From: Camelus ferus | Lineage: Eukaryota | DNA length: 64,000 bases | Assembly (NCBI RefSeq): GCF_009834535.1 | Contig: NC_045697.1 | Span: forward strand, 26,972,001-27,036,000 | Direction of reading: 5' to 3' | In this document: positions 24,194-36,599 of the stretch, in pieces | Position numbering within the stretch: position 1 is the stretch's first letter | How the letters are laid out: each line of letters begins with the position of its first letter | Position numbers and translations under genes: made by a program | Notes under the pieces: generated by a model | Databases searched by the model: none | Seen by the model: only the letters and a program-made list of their open reading frames with translations | Told to the model about the DNA's origin: nothing

Positions 24194-25649
24194 TTACCTT
24201 TTTAGACAGATCAAAGTACCCAAGCTTAATAACTTGAAAGATCAATACTATCGCTTGTTGTAGAAACATCAACTGAAGCAGTTCTCCCAACTCTCCTGCC
24301 TGAACTTCCGCTGGTTTAGGAAAACTCCTTGATCTTTCCATGTTCTGCCAGACCAGAAAGGATATGTTTCAGCCCAACTGGACACAAAACATTGGGTTGA
24401 GGGGAAAATGCAGCCACAAGAGTGCCTTTTAAGAAAAGAAATTGGGAAATCATCCTCAGATTTCCTCCTTCCCTCTCCTTTGCACAGTTCATAGAAACAG
24501 TGCTCTTCTTTCCCGCTGCGCACCTCAACCCTAGTACAAAATTAGTAAGAGCAGAAAAAGCAGAACTGCTGTCTCTCCCGCATCCACCCCACCCGTGGCC
24601 ACGCCCCCTCCCCCGTGGAGAATAAGCCATTTTAGTACAGGCTGCCAAGTACACATTAAAGGTTGAGATTACAAGATCCTTTGCTCAAAATAAACATTTT
24701 AAAAATAATGAACATGCATTTGAGTCTCTATTTCTCATTCGTGTATTAACTCTGTCCCACCCAAAACTAATATGCTATTTTTTGTTTTTTGGGTTTTTTG
24801 GGGGGTTTTTTTTGGTTAATGTTCTTGAGGATGGAGGAACTTCTGCCTAGTTTCTTTTCAGGAACTTTTGTGTAAAAATATACCACTTTTAGCAATGCTT
24901 ATGAATTAGTTATTTAGAAGATCAGTTCCCTAAGGTCTTCTATTTACTTGAGTCATATATATAAATTTGAAAATTGGAAGGAGCCTAGATAAAGATACAA
25001 TAATTACATATGTCATGCCATGGAATAGATTTCTAGAAAGAGGTTGTGGTGAGCGGGAACTTTTTACCAATAATGTTTAACTAGAGCCTGAGGGATGTTA
25101 ATTTCTGGAACTGCTTGTGATAGTGGCCAATCTTCAAAATAATTTTTATTGCTGCAAAATCATTTTTTTAACTACAAGGAGTTAGAAAAAGGAACAACTT
25201 TGTGTAAAGGGAAAATAATTGCAAAATTGAATCATCTCTCTGGCCTCATTCAGAGGATGCAGTGATTCAAGGGTACCTGGCCTCGGCCTCTCGAGTGCAC
25301 AGACCAAAAGGTAAGTACATTTAGCACATATTTCGATGCTATTTACCACCATAACCCTAGGATGATTAATGTTCTCATTTTCCAGGTAGGCTAAGAAAGA
25401 CAATAATTTACCCAGTGACATGAGACTGCTTCATTTCAGGTCTTCTTTAAATTGCTCTGTAGTCTCAGAAATCACTTCCCTGTTCCTTAATCTCTCAACA
25501 GATAACCTGTGACCTGTTGCTATGATGCAAAAGACATGTCCTTCAGCATCTTACTCATCCTCACCAGGTGCTTTAAATTCAGAAAGTTTGGTTACTTCTG
25601 TAACTTGATCCTCATGGGTTTATATGTGCACGTAGAAGCCACTGCAACA

Positions 25650-25790
25650 GGATGACGCTGTGGTGAAAGCATAAGCTTTTAGACACAGCTGGGTTCAAAT
25701 CCCAGCGCTGGAGCTTCACCTCTGTGAGCCTCCATTTCTTTGTTAAATAGGGACAATAACTGCTGATGCAACGATGGGATGGCTCTTGAC
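25650..25790 (+). mobile_element. MIR SINE
   Basis: ctgggttcaaatcccagcgct...cacctctgtgagcctccatttctttgttaaatagggacaataac. Confidence 0.7.
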
Positions 25791-25909
25791 CTGGAAGCTA
25801 AGAATCAAATCAGTGCACACAAGTGAGGAAATTCTGTATGTTAACTTGCATGACTTCTGTCATCAGAAAACAAATCTTAAAAACACGTGTTAAAAATAAT
25901 TAAGTGCAT

Positions 25910-26610
25910 CACTTCATGACAGCCACCCACTAGAATGGCTGTAATCAGAAAGGTGGCAGTATCGAGTGACGGAAGGGATATGGAGAACCTGGAACCCTCA
26001 CACGCTGCCGGGGGCAGGGGGCGGGGTGTGAAGTGGTGCGTCCGCTGTGTAAAACAGTGTGGCGGTTTGTTAAAAGGTTAAACCTAGAACCACTATATTA
26101 GCCGGCAGTACAGTCCCAGATATATACTCAAAAAGAATGAAAACATGTGTCCACACAGAAAATTATATGAGTGTTCATAACAGCATTATTCATGGTGGCC
26201 GGAAAGTGTCCCCGTAGACAAACAGAATACGGTGCATACCCACAGGACACTACTGTATGGCCAGAGGAAGGAAAGAAATACTGATATATGCTGCAGCGTG
26301 GATAAACCTGGAAAATATCACAGAAAGTGCAAGAAGCCAGACACAAAAGGCCACATATTGTGTGATTCTGTTTATATGAATGGTCCAGAATAGAGAAATA
26401 CGTAGACAGAAAGTATATTGGTGATTGCCTGTCACTGAGTAGGATGGGGGATCGGGCGTTCTTGCCTAAAAGGTACACGGTTTCTTTTGAGGGTGATAAA
26501 ACTGTTCTAAAATTGATTGTGTACAACCCTATGAATATACTAAAAACCACTGAATTGTACACTTAATGTGGGTAAAAGTAAGGTATGTCAATTATATCTC
26601 AATAAAACTT
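25910..26610 (+). mobile_element. L1 (L1MB-like) 3' end
   Basis: cacccactagaatggctgtaatcagaaa...ggagaacctggaaccctca...tgttcataacagcattattc...aaaaccactgaattgtacacttaa...tatatctcaataaa. Confidence 0.88.
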
Positions 26611-28489
26611 AGAAAGTAGTAAAGTGATGGACTTCTAATTAATGAACCTCTGAAGTTGTTACACACGGTGTCAGTGGACGTCTGTTAATTACCCCATCAG
26701 AGGTGTGTCCCCACATCCATGGCCTTTAGCTTTTGAGACTCTTCCTTGCTCATGGCAGCAGTTCTCCCATGTGTGAAAATACGAAGCTTCAGCTCTGATC
26801 TTTGTTTGATAGCTTTATTGTGTTTTTCCTGATTGTAAAATTAACACATACACAGTGGGAAAAGCTCAGAAAAGTATAAGTTCAAGGCATAAATTAAAGA
26901 ACACAGGTAATCCTGTGCCTCTAAGAGCACTATACCTTCCTGACTCCTTTCCAGGTTGGAAAATCTGGTCTAGAATTTAGGTTTTAGAGAACCAAGTCTC
27001 ACACCAAATACATAGGTAACCTTCATTTTGACAGACTTTCTCTGAAATGATCACGTGGACCTGAAGGGCTCATCTTTCTAAAAGCAGGTTTCTAGTCTAG
27101 TCTAGGTTAGATAGTGCTAAAATGCAGTTAACACCTCGTATTAATTTAAAAACACACCCCCGCTTGCTTTGCCCTGCCATCAGTGGTCTCCCTCTCCCTG
27201 TCACGTGTGTCCCAGGTCATAATCTTATTCATTATGTGCCCAGTTGTGATTTCTCTAGACCGACACAGGGGCCTCTGGAAAGAAAAGGTTATGAGGGAAG
27301 TGCTGCCTGGATCGCTAGACCTGGGGCCCAGTGCACTGGGAATCGCACCCTCCCCAAACCAGGTGTTCATGTGAGGCTGACCTAATACATCAGATGAATA
27401 TAGTAGCCTATTCTTTGTCAGGGAAAAAAAAATGCATTAATTATTTGGCTTAAGTCCACCAAATTAAGGTTGGCCCTGAAGGGAACAAATACTTCCCTGA
27501 GCTTTGGATTGTCCTGGTAAAGAGCTAAAATAATAGTAAATATTGCTTAGATAGGGAATCAGACCTCTTACACTCATGTGTGCTCACAAGGGAAAGATGT
27601 TCTTATTTACAATTTGCCTTATAAAATTATTTTCCCAAATTGATCTTTTAGAACAAGGAAATTAATCAAGAACAGGATGTGCTACTTTCCATTGGGAATC
27701 CATTTCTATGAAGAAGCATAACTGGAAACAGTTAACTATTTAATGCTCTTATGCTAACACTTAATGCTCACATTAACTCTTAATGCTCTCAGGGCTTTCT
27801 GCCTCCCCCTCAGTTAACATTTATCAGTTATTTTTATTGCTGGTTATTCTTTCCCTTGAAAGTGTTTTGTTTTCTCAAATGGTTGTAAATTTTTTAAAAG
27901 CCTGTCCCATAAATGTCATTTTAATCTCCCACAGTCCCTTATTTAAGATCGAGCCCTAAATATTTCTTGATTAATTATTTGCCAGCAGGCATGTCTGGCC
28001 TTCCTGAAATATGGGCATTGTGATCTAATTATGTAGACATATCTTTCTGAAGGCACCGTCACAATTACACTGACTACACAGAAAAGAGCAGCTTTTTTGG
28101 AGCGAAATCTGTTCTTTAAACAGGTTGCTTAAAAGTATGTGACTAGTCATTGTACTGGTCTCTCATGTCTTCTGTCAGTTTGAGAATTTTCAGAATCAAA
28201 AGTTGTGGGGTTTTTTAAGTTCAACACCCATGTTTATCTCTAGAACTTAGACCCAGTATCGTATTTTTCCCATATGCAACATTTCAGATGGGCTATGTAT
28301 TTCAAAGGATGCTAAGCTACAGCAAACAACTGCCTGTTTCTAAGGACCGAACGCCTTTCTCTTTGAACCCTGTTCATTGTCTTTCTTCCTAAGAATTTTT
28401 CACATTGTGTTTCACAGGTGTCCTCCCCAAACCTTCATCAATTAATTAACTGGGTATTTCAGAAAAGATGTTCTTCCAACTCAGGGTTC

Positions 28490-29180
28490 TCAGTGTAGGA
28501 GAGGGCGACTAGGGTCTTAACCAAATAATCATATACATGTAAATTTTCAGTAGTGACAAGTGCAATGCAAATCAACAGCAGAGGAGTTTGACCCCGGAAG
28601 GGAAGTAAAAGAAGGCTTCTCTGAGGAAGATCAGAGCGGTTAACCAGGAAGAAGGGGCAAGCACGAGCAAAGGGGCTGAAAGAAAACCTGTGGAGATGGG
28701 GCCCGGGGAGGAAGATGGCTCAAGACAGGCTTGTAGGAATGGGTAGGAGTTTTGTCTTCTCACTTTAAGAACAGTGAGAAGCTACTGAAACGTGTTTACC
28801 ATCAGGGAGCTGGCATATCCAGCCTGTGCTTTGGAAAGATCCCTACGGCTGTGCTGTGGACAGCTGCCGAGAGAGCACCCAGTGGGTGTGGGCAGACCCG
28901 TCACAAAGGTTTGCAGTGGACTAGGCAAGAGACCTGGGTCATTTGGTCCAGGTTTTGATGGCAGTGCCGCAGAGAGAAGTGAACTAATTCAAAAAATATT
29001 TAGAGAATGGAATTGTCAGGCCACATTGGTACAGCCTAGGTCTCATGAGAGTTCAGATAGAAGTGATCCAGTTCAAGAATAATCTAAAAGACAAAGTCAT
29101 CAGGAATCGGCCATGGATTGGAAATGAAAAGTGAGGGAAAGAGAGGTGTCAAGGAAGACTCACAGATCTTCTGAGTTGTA
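28490..29180 (-). mobile_element. L2 remnant
   Basis: aaggcttctctgaggaaga...aggagttttgtcttctcactttaagaacagtgagaagctactgaa...gagaggtgtcaaggaagactcacag. Confidence 0.65.
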
Positions 29181-29396
29181 CTAATAATATGTACCTCAGC
29201 ACATTAAATGCTCTGAGAAGTTCTACAGCAAAGAAACTTGGCTGACTCTCTCATCTAGCATTTCCCATATTCATTTTTCCTTTTCTGGTAGCAGTTTCTA
29301 ACTTCTGGGAACACACTTCAGACAACTCTGAGTTAGCCTAAGTAGGCCCTTGGACTTTGAACAATTCCAAATATTCTTCACATTTTTTTAAACCCC

Positions 29397-29748
29397 TGTG
29401 TTAGACTGCTAGCGCTGCCATGACAAAAGAACACAGACCACAAACTGGAGGGTTTCAGCAACAGACATTTGTTTTCTCACAGTTCTGGAGGCTGGAAGTC
29501 CAAGGTCAAGGTGTCTGCAGGTTTGGTTTCTCCTGAGGCCTCTCTCCTGGCTGCCTCTTCACATGGTCATCCCACCGTCTGTGTTGTCTGTGTGTCCTAG
29601 TCTCTTCTACTAAAGACACCGGTCAGATTGGATGAGGGCTCAGCCTGACGACCTCATTTTACCTTAATTACCTCTTTAAAGGGGCTCTCTCCGAATACAG
29701 GGCTGTTCTGAGGTGCTGTGGGTTAGGGACACGGTTTAGCCTGGAACA
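29397..29748 (-). mobile_element. MLT1A/B-type MaLR solo LTR
   Basis: ttttctcacagttctggaggctggaagtccaaggtcaaggtgtctgcagg...gacctcattttaccttaattacctctttaaagg. Confidence 0.88.
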
Positions 29749-32239
29749 ACCCCAGAAGTGTAAACTTCTCTTCTAGAGCTGGTGCGCCAGTGAGCATCCA
29801 CAGCCTGCATCACATCCAAGCTCTGTGCTCATCCTGACACATCCCCATTGTCAGCACCCTCCATGGAGAAGTCCCACAATGTGCTGTGGCAAGATTTTTG
29901 TTTCTTACTCAGATTTCTTATTTGTAACCCTATAAAAGAACAACAAAGGGTAAGAAAAAAATGCAACAAACGGTATCCTTCTGATCAACCCCATACTCAA
30001 GATATCAGAAAGGAAGATGTTACTGGAGGGAAGAGAATGCTTCTGGATTTTTCTTCAAACCAGGTGAAACCAGCATTTCACCTTGAAGCAGCAGAGCACC
30101 TAAGCCCAGGTGAACACCTGTCTGCTCCATGCCCCTGCACCACGCAGTCGGGAGCCAGGACTCTTAAATGCGGGGTGGGCCACAAGCAGTATGTCAGATG
30201 CCTGGGAACTAAAGTTCAAAATCTGCCTTCGCTCTCTGCTCAGAAGGCAAGTCATTCAGCTTTTCTCTCTTTCTTTTCCTGGGAGAATGGCCGAGAAGAT
30301 TATGTAGATAGATCGTTCTACCTTTGAAAAACAAAACCGCTGTGCATGTAAACGTTGAGACTATCACTCATCTCTCACCATCAGACTGGCAAGAGTAGTG
30401 AGATGGTCAAAACAGTATGGGTGCATTGAAGCAGCAATTCATAAAACCCACCCACAGAGTGAATATTTTTTATTATTTTGCATGTTATCTTATATTCTAT
30501 ATTCTCCACCAAAGTCACCTTCAGTTTTCCTATGTTTCTAATTTCAGCCAAGCTTTTAAATGTCATCACATCATCTTTGTTGGAATTAGGTCCCAAATGA
30601 GTCACAAACCAATGAAAACTGCCTGCTGATTTGCTGATTGTGGATACTTTATATTAAGGAAGGAGCCAGGATTTTTTTTTTTCCCTCCTCAATCCTCTTA
30701 AGTCTCAAAGTCTGTCTGCTGCTTTTTGGAATCTGAGTACCACTGACTGAGTCATTGTATGAAACACATCCACCGTATTATTCCAACGAAACAGGCAAAA
30801 AATGCTTGGTCTGCACATCGGTCAGCTACTTCCAGGAAGAGATGGTTGGACCTGGCTTTACGGAAAACCACTCTTCTCTCCCTAATGACTGCACGGGGGT
30901 GCCCGTGCAAATAAGGTGAACCGAACAGATCTCCCTGAACTTGTTCCACGTGGGGTTGCCATAGCTAATCCAGTTTCGATACGTTCCCCCTGTACACAGA
31001 CAAGTACTGTAAGATACTGTTTTGTGAATCACATTTGAATTATGGCTTCTCTCCACAATAAAATTAATCAGAAACTGATACATCTTTATTCAAGGCTTGC
31101 TTGCTATCTTTTTTTCTCCCTGGTAGATATTACCTAATGTATAGATTCTTTGTAGTGCTGGCAAAGTTGCCCCAGGGCTCCTGAGATCTCTTGAGTTCAA
31201 ATCTGGCTTCTGCCACTTTAACAACTTGGCATCTTGTCAGTCTAAGTTGAAGTTCAAAGCTCGACTCCTGGTTTTAGGTGAAGATATTTTAGCCCTACCC
31301 TCCTCTCACATGCGTGGCTCTGCAGGTATCAGGAACCGCAGGGACTAGGAAGCCTGGTAATTACATTGTTTACCTCCTAGTTTCGCACAAAACCAAATCA
31401 ATCCCAGGCACGCCACCAAGCAGCCTTTAGGGAAATGTATTCCAAAAAGCTTCACTGAAACCACTTATTTATTGACATTTCATCATTCTGCTGAGCAGGA
31501 AACACTTAGACCAAACAAGGAAAAACCCAACCTTTCAAATGCCTGACCTTTGTCAAAGGTTTATTGAGAAAGGGAGATTAGAAAAGAGCTGGAGGTGCCA
31601 AATTCTTTGTCATACCCCTTTGCCAGGTGGCAGTATCATACGGCATTGGGTATGAGCTTAAGAAAAAAAGAGAAAAGGAACAAGGTTTCTCTCTCTACAG
31701 AAATTAGATTAGTTACTGTTCCTTTTTATGACTTATAATGTATCTTCCTTCTCAAATATATTTCCCTTTTCCCATTTCATCTCATTACCCCAAACACACA
31801 CACATGGACGGTCCTGCACCTTCATAACGTATCTAAATAATGCATTCTACTAAAAACAGCCACCATCACAGACATCTCCTTGAACCGCCTCTTGGAAATC
31901 TGTTCTAGTTCCTGGCTGTCTGGAAGTTCTGAAGGTGTGACTCAGCCTAGAGCTTTTTGTTAAACAGTAAAGAAAACCATTACTATTTCTCTGTGAGAAT
32001 GACATATATAAGGTAATTAGCACAGTGCCTGGGGCAGCCCCAGAGGTCCCCAGGTCGTGGTGACAATGTAGTAGTGATTGATTGTTATTACTGGAACAGA
32101 AATGATATGTATGACTTTTAGGTTTCAGTTATCAAAATAGGGCAACAACCGTATGAAATGCTTTGCCTGTTTTGAAGTAGCTTTCTTCTCCTCCTCCTTC
32201 TCCTCCAAGGTTAATGAAATACTTCAAAAAGGCAAAAAG

Positions 32240-33070
32240 AGATACACTCACTTTCTTTGGTATGAAAAGTTTACAGCTATAGAAAAGTTGAAAGAATTGT
32301 ACATCTCACTGTCCAGAATCTACAATTAACATTTTGCGTCTTTATCGCATATCTAACCACCTGGCTATCCATCAATCCCTGTTTCTTTAAGCTGCATCTC
32401 AGGGTCTGTTGCAGACATTGCTTCATCTTGAACATTTTAAAATGTTTACTGTGAGTTCAGTTTTTATTTGCGGCTCTCTTTCTCTTCTTCACCTTTCCCC
32501 CTTCTCTCCCTCTCCCCTTCCTCTGGTATAATTTACAGGCAGTGAAATGCACGCATCCAAGCGTATGATTTGGTGGGTTTCAGCAACTGCGTACAACTGT
32601 ATAACCCAACTCCCCATTAAGATTAATAGAGAATATTATCACCCCAGGAAAATTTCCCAAGCCCCTTCCCAATCAATTCTCGTCTGCCACTCTCATGGAG
32701 TCAGTCATTATTCTGATTTTTTAAAAGTCACCATAAATTAATTTAGCCTATTTAAAACTTATTTAAATGGGTCATACAGTTTGTAAGAATGTATGTTCTC
32801 TGTTGCATAAGGCTGCTGTTACTCAGCTTATTTTTGAGTTTCATCCAAACTGTCACATATATCAGCAGTTCATTCTTTTTTATTGCTCAGTAGTATTTCA
32901 TTGTATGGCTATACCACAGTGTATTATATTGTTGATGGCTATCTGTGTTATTTCCAATTTGGGACTACTATGAATAAACCTACTCTTCATACTCTTGGAC
33001 AAGTCTTTTATGTGATACAGATTTCCATGCCTCTTGTGTAAATATCCAGGAATCAAATTGATGAATCAGG
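32240..33070 (-). mobile_element. Old L1 3' fragments
   Basis: gtataatttacaggcagtgaaatgcac...ttcattcttttttattgctcagtagtatttcattgtatggctataccacag. Confidence 0.75.
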
Positions 33071-33460
33071 GTTCCTGCACAGCCATGCCTGCTGGGTTCA
33101 GATTTTCTTGGAGTAGTAACCTCTACATCCATTCAAGTCTAGACTGCCCCCCACCCCCCCACCACATGAGGTAGCAGAACAAGGGGCAATAATAGTTATT
33201 TTTAGATTCTTCAGGATCGTGTTATCCTTTTGCTCAAAGAACATGTGTTTCTCAACCAGCATGTTCACAGGTTAGCATTTGGATTGGTGGAAGAAACAGG
33301 ACATCGTAGGTAACTCCAGCCCATCTCATTTGTAAAGGAGCTCTTACATCACAAATGCTGTTGATGGTAGGCTGTCCATTATTTGAATATTCATCATGTA
33401 TGACAAGTAGGAAAAAAACAACTTGGAAAACCTCTTCTCATACCCGTGGGCTATGCTATA

Positions 33461-33802
33461 CATTTGGCCCCATATATTTGCAGGTTCTGGATCTGTGGAT
33501 TCAGCCAACTGCATATCAAAAATATTTGGAAAAAAGTAAATTCCAGAAAGTTCTAAAAAACAAAGCTTGAATTTGCACATCAGCAACTATTTGCTTAGCA
33601 TTTGCATTGTATTTACAACTATTTACAAAGCATTTACATTGTATTAGATAGTATAAATAATCTAGAGGTGATTTAAAGTATATAGGAGGATGTATATAGG
33701 CTATATGCAGATACTCTGACATTTTATATAAGGGACTTGAGCATCCTCAGATTTTAATATCCATGGGGTCCAAGATCCCCCAAGGATGCTGAGGGGTGAC
33801 TA
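33461..33802 (-). mobile_element. MER2-type TcMar-Tigger MITE
   Basis: tctgtggattcagccaactgc...taatctagaggtgatttaaagtatataggagga...ttttatataagggacttgagcatcc. Confidence 0.82.
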
Positions 33803-33959
33803 GAGTTGATTTCAGCTGGTCCCTCAACATCCACCACTCAAACGCATGTTTCCCTAGTCACTTGTCTCTACCATCCTCTATTGCATCCATTTTAAGCCCT
33901 CTCTCCTCTAATCAGATCTCAGACCCAGTCACCTTCCTCAGCTTAGCACTAGTTTACAG

Positions 33960-34118
33960 TAGTGGTTCTCAACCGCGGTCAGTTTTGTCTTGTAGTTAGG
34001 AAGGGTGCTACAAGCATACAATAGGTCAAGGCTACTGAACCTCATCCAGTGCAAAAGACAGTCCACCCCAAAGAAAGAACTGTCCATCCTAAAACTAGTG
34101 CTGCAGTTTAGAATCCCT
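33960..34118 (+). mobile_element. MER20 hAT-Charlie MITE (deleted)
   Basis: agtggttctcaaccg...gggtgcta...catccagtgcaaaagacagtcc...aagaactgtcc. Confidence 0.6.
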
Positions 34119-34310
34119 ACTTTACAGGCAAAATAGAAGACATTAGAACAGGCTTCTTAACATGTATTATGCTATAGACTGCTTTATCAGTCTATGGACC
34201 CCTTTTCAGGAAAATATTTTTAAATTCATAAAATAAAATACATAGGATTACAAAGGAAGTATTGTTACCAATTTTTAAAAACTGTGATGTAGTAATATGC
34301 TTCTTTTTAT

Positions 34311-34467
34311 TTTTTTAATTAAGTCCCATCAGTTATAATGTGTCAATCTCTGGTGTACAGCACAATGTCCCAGTCATGCATATATATACATAAATTTTTT
34401 ATTAAAGGTTATTACAAAATTTGAACACAGTTTCCTGTGCTATACAGCAGAAACTTTTTTTTTAAAT
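34311..34467 (-). mobile_element. Short young L1 3' end with 16-bp TSD
   Basis: tctggtgtacagcacaatgtcccagtcatgcatatatataca...tttcctgtgctatacagcagaaa. Flanked by identical atatgcttctttttat at 34295-34310 and 34468-34483. Confidence 0.8.
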
Positions 34468-34483
34468 ATATGCTTCTTTTTAT

Positions 34484-35376
34484 ATTCCATTTTTAAATTG
34501 AAGTATAGTTGATTTACTGTATTTGTTTCAGGCATACAACATAGTGATTCAGTATTTTATAAATTGTACTCCAGTAAAAATTATTATAAGATAATGGCTG
34601 TAATTCCCTGTGCTGCACAATATATCCTTGTTGTTTGTCTATTTTATACACAATAGTTTGTATGTCTTAGTCCTATACCCCTGTCTTGCCCTTCTTCCCA
34701 CTTTCCTCTCCCCTTTGGTAACCACTCGTTTGTTTTCTATATCTCTGAGTCTGTTTCTGTTTTGCGTATAGTTATTTGTGTTTTTTTAGATTTAGATAAG
34801 TGATATTGTCAGTATTTGTCTTTCTGTGTCTGACTTCTTTCACTAAGTATAATTATCTCTAGGTCTATCCATGTTGCTGCAAATGGCAGAATTTAAATTC
34901 TTTTTTATGGCCGAGTAATATTCCATTGTGTATATATATGACATCTTTATCCATTCATCTGTTGATGGGCACTTGGGTTGCTTCCATGTTTTGGCTACTG
35001 TAAATAGTGCTGCTGTGCACATTAGGATGCATGTATCTTTTCAAATTTGTGTTTTCTTTCTTTCTTTCTCAGCCAGGAGTGAATTACTAGATCGTATCAT
35101 AGTTCTATTTTTAGTTTTTTGAGAAACCTCCATACTGTTTTTTTTTAAATAGTGGCTGCACCTATTTATATTCCCACAACTGTGTACAAGGGTTCCATTT
35201 TCTCCACATCTTCTGCGATGTTTGTTATTTGTAGACTTTTTGATGATAGTCATTCTGACCTGTGTGAGGTGATATCACATTGTTGTTTTGACTTGCATTT
35301 CCCTTGTGATTAGTGATGTTGAGCATCTTTTCATGTGCCTATTAGCCATCAGTATGTCTTCTTTGGAAAAAATGTC
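34484..35376 (-). mobile_element. L1 3' ~0.9 kb (artiodactyl-type)
   Basis: aattgaagtatagttgattta...ccattcatctgttgatgggcacttgggttgcttccat...gatgttgagcatcttttcatgtgcct. Confidence 0.9.
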
Positions 35377-35797
35377 AGTATGTGCTTCTTTGTAAATGTA
35401 TTACAGAACAAGCCTAGCAGGTGTCTAATAAATAGCATAGCTATGAGCATAAATAATATTTTGAGATCTACAACAGTTCTAATATAATATGAAAATACCT
35501 TCTTTCTGTTAGAGATGAAGTCACACAGACTGCCAGCGATGCTGTAGTTTGATACCTACATTCAGGCTTGAAGAAAATACTACACTTAAGTTAGAGGTTA
35601 GGGAAGAAGGAGATGTGACTTTTTCTCATTTAAGTTCACAGACACTTCAAATCCTATCGTTGAGGCTCTGCACACCCCAGGTTGAAAACTCCTGCATTTG
35701 AAGAAATTACCATCACACACACACAAAACCGTTTATCTCCATGTACATCCATCCTTCCTTCCTCCCTGATTCAAGAGTAGATGTCCCTCTCAATCAA

Positions 35798-36566
35798 AGT
35801 TCACTTGCAGAAAACAGAAATTACATTCACTATTTGAAGCAAAACACAATTTAATCCAGGAAATTGTTTACAGTACCCCTCGAAAGGCTTCAGTAGCAGG
35901 CTCGAGAACACTATAAACAAAAATATAAAATAAAAAGAACTAGTAGGCCATCAATAAATTGTTGACTATAATTGGTTCTCAAGGTGATTGTTTATATACA
36001 CACATATGTACCTACAATTAGATGCGTGAAAACATTGAGGCCAAAATATACTTTCAAAGAGGAAAAAAAATATATCAACAACAGCAAACACCACCATAGA
36101 CCTGACCCTTCCAGGGAGCTGCCTCCTCTTACACAACCAAAAAGGAGGGAAACTGGAAATGATCAGTGGAACTCTTGACTGCAGAAACACTGCCTTAGCC
36201 GGGATTAGCTGGAGAGCTACTGCAAATGATGGCCCTAGAGTCACACCATGCCTCAAAACAAAAAACAAACAAAAAAACCACCAAATGCCCCCCATTCTGC
36301 CTCTTGACATCCACAAAGCACCAGGATGCTGGAACACTGCTAACTAAAAACCCAGTGGCTCCCCCTGGGACTTGCCAGCTGAAAAATCAGAAGTAGCCAA
36401 AGTATAATCTCTGCTCCCCTCCTTCTCCCGTCCTCACCTCTTGGAGGACTGTCTGAATCTTAAGTCTGTGTGGGAATCCTACTGCAGGAGAGGCTGGGAA
36501 ACCTTTTTTGCTTTCTAGCCTCTGCAGAACAGGGAGACACACAGAATGAAGACATTGGGTCCACCA
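35798..36566 (-). mobile_element. Old ERVL-type solo LTR (LTR33/LTR41-like)
   Basis: gttcacttgcagaaaacagaaa...tttaatccaggaaattg and ctgcaggagaggctgggaaa...ctttctagcctctgcag. Confidence 0.45.
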
Positions 36567-36599
36567 TATTCCCCACCACCTCCTATCTGAGGCTGATTA

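Larger units (their letters stand above)
34149..35694 (+). mobile_element. MER119-like hAT-Charlie element split by two L1 insertions
   Basis: Left end caggcttcttaac...tatggaccccttttcag...cataaaataaaatacataggattacaaagga; right end ...ccccaggttgaaaactcctg. Confidence 0.7.

Noticed and set aside
29848..30327. 159-aa ORF, and similar intronic ORFs such as 18459-18878 and 15908-16297
   Set aside because: No recognisable protein similarity or convincing exon boundaries; lengths are within chance expectation for 64 kb in six frames.
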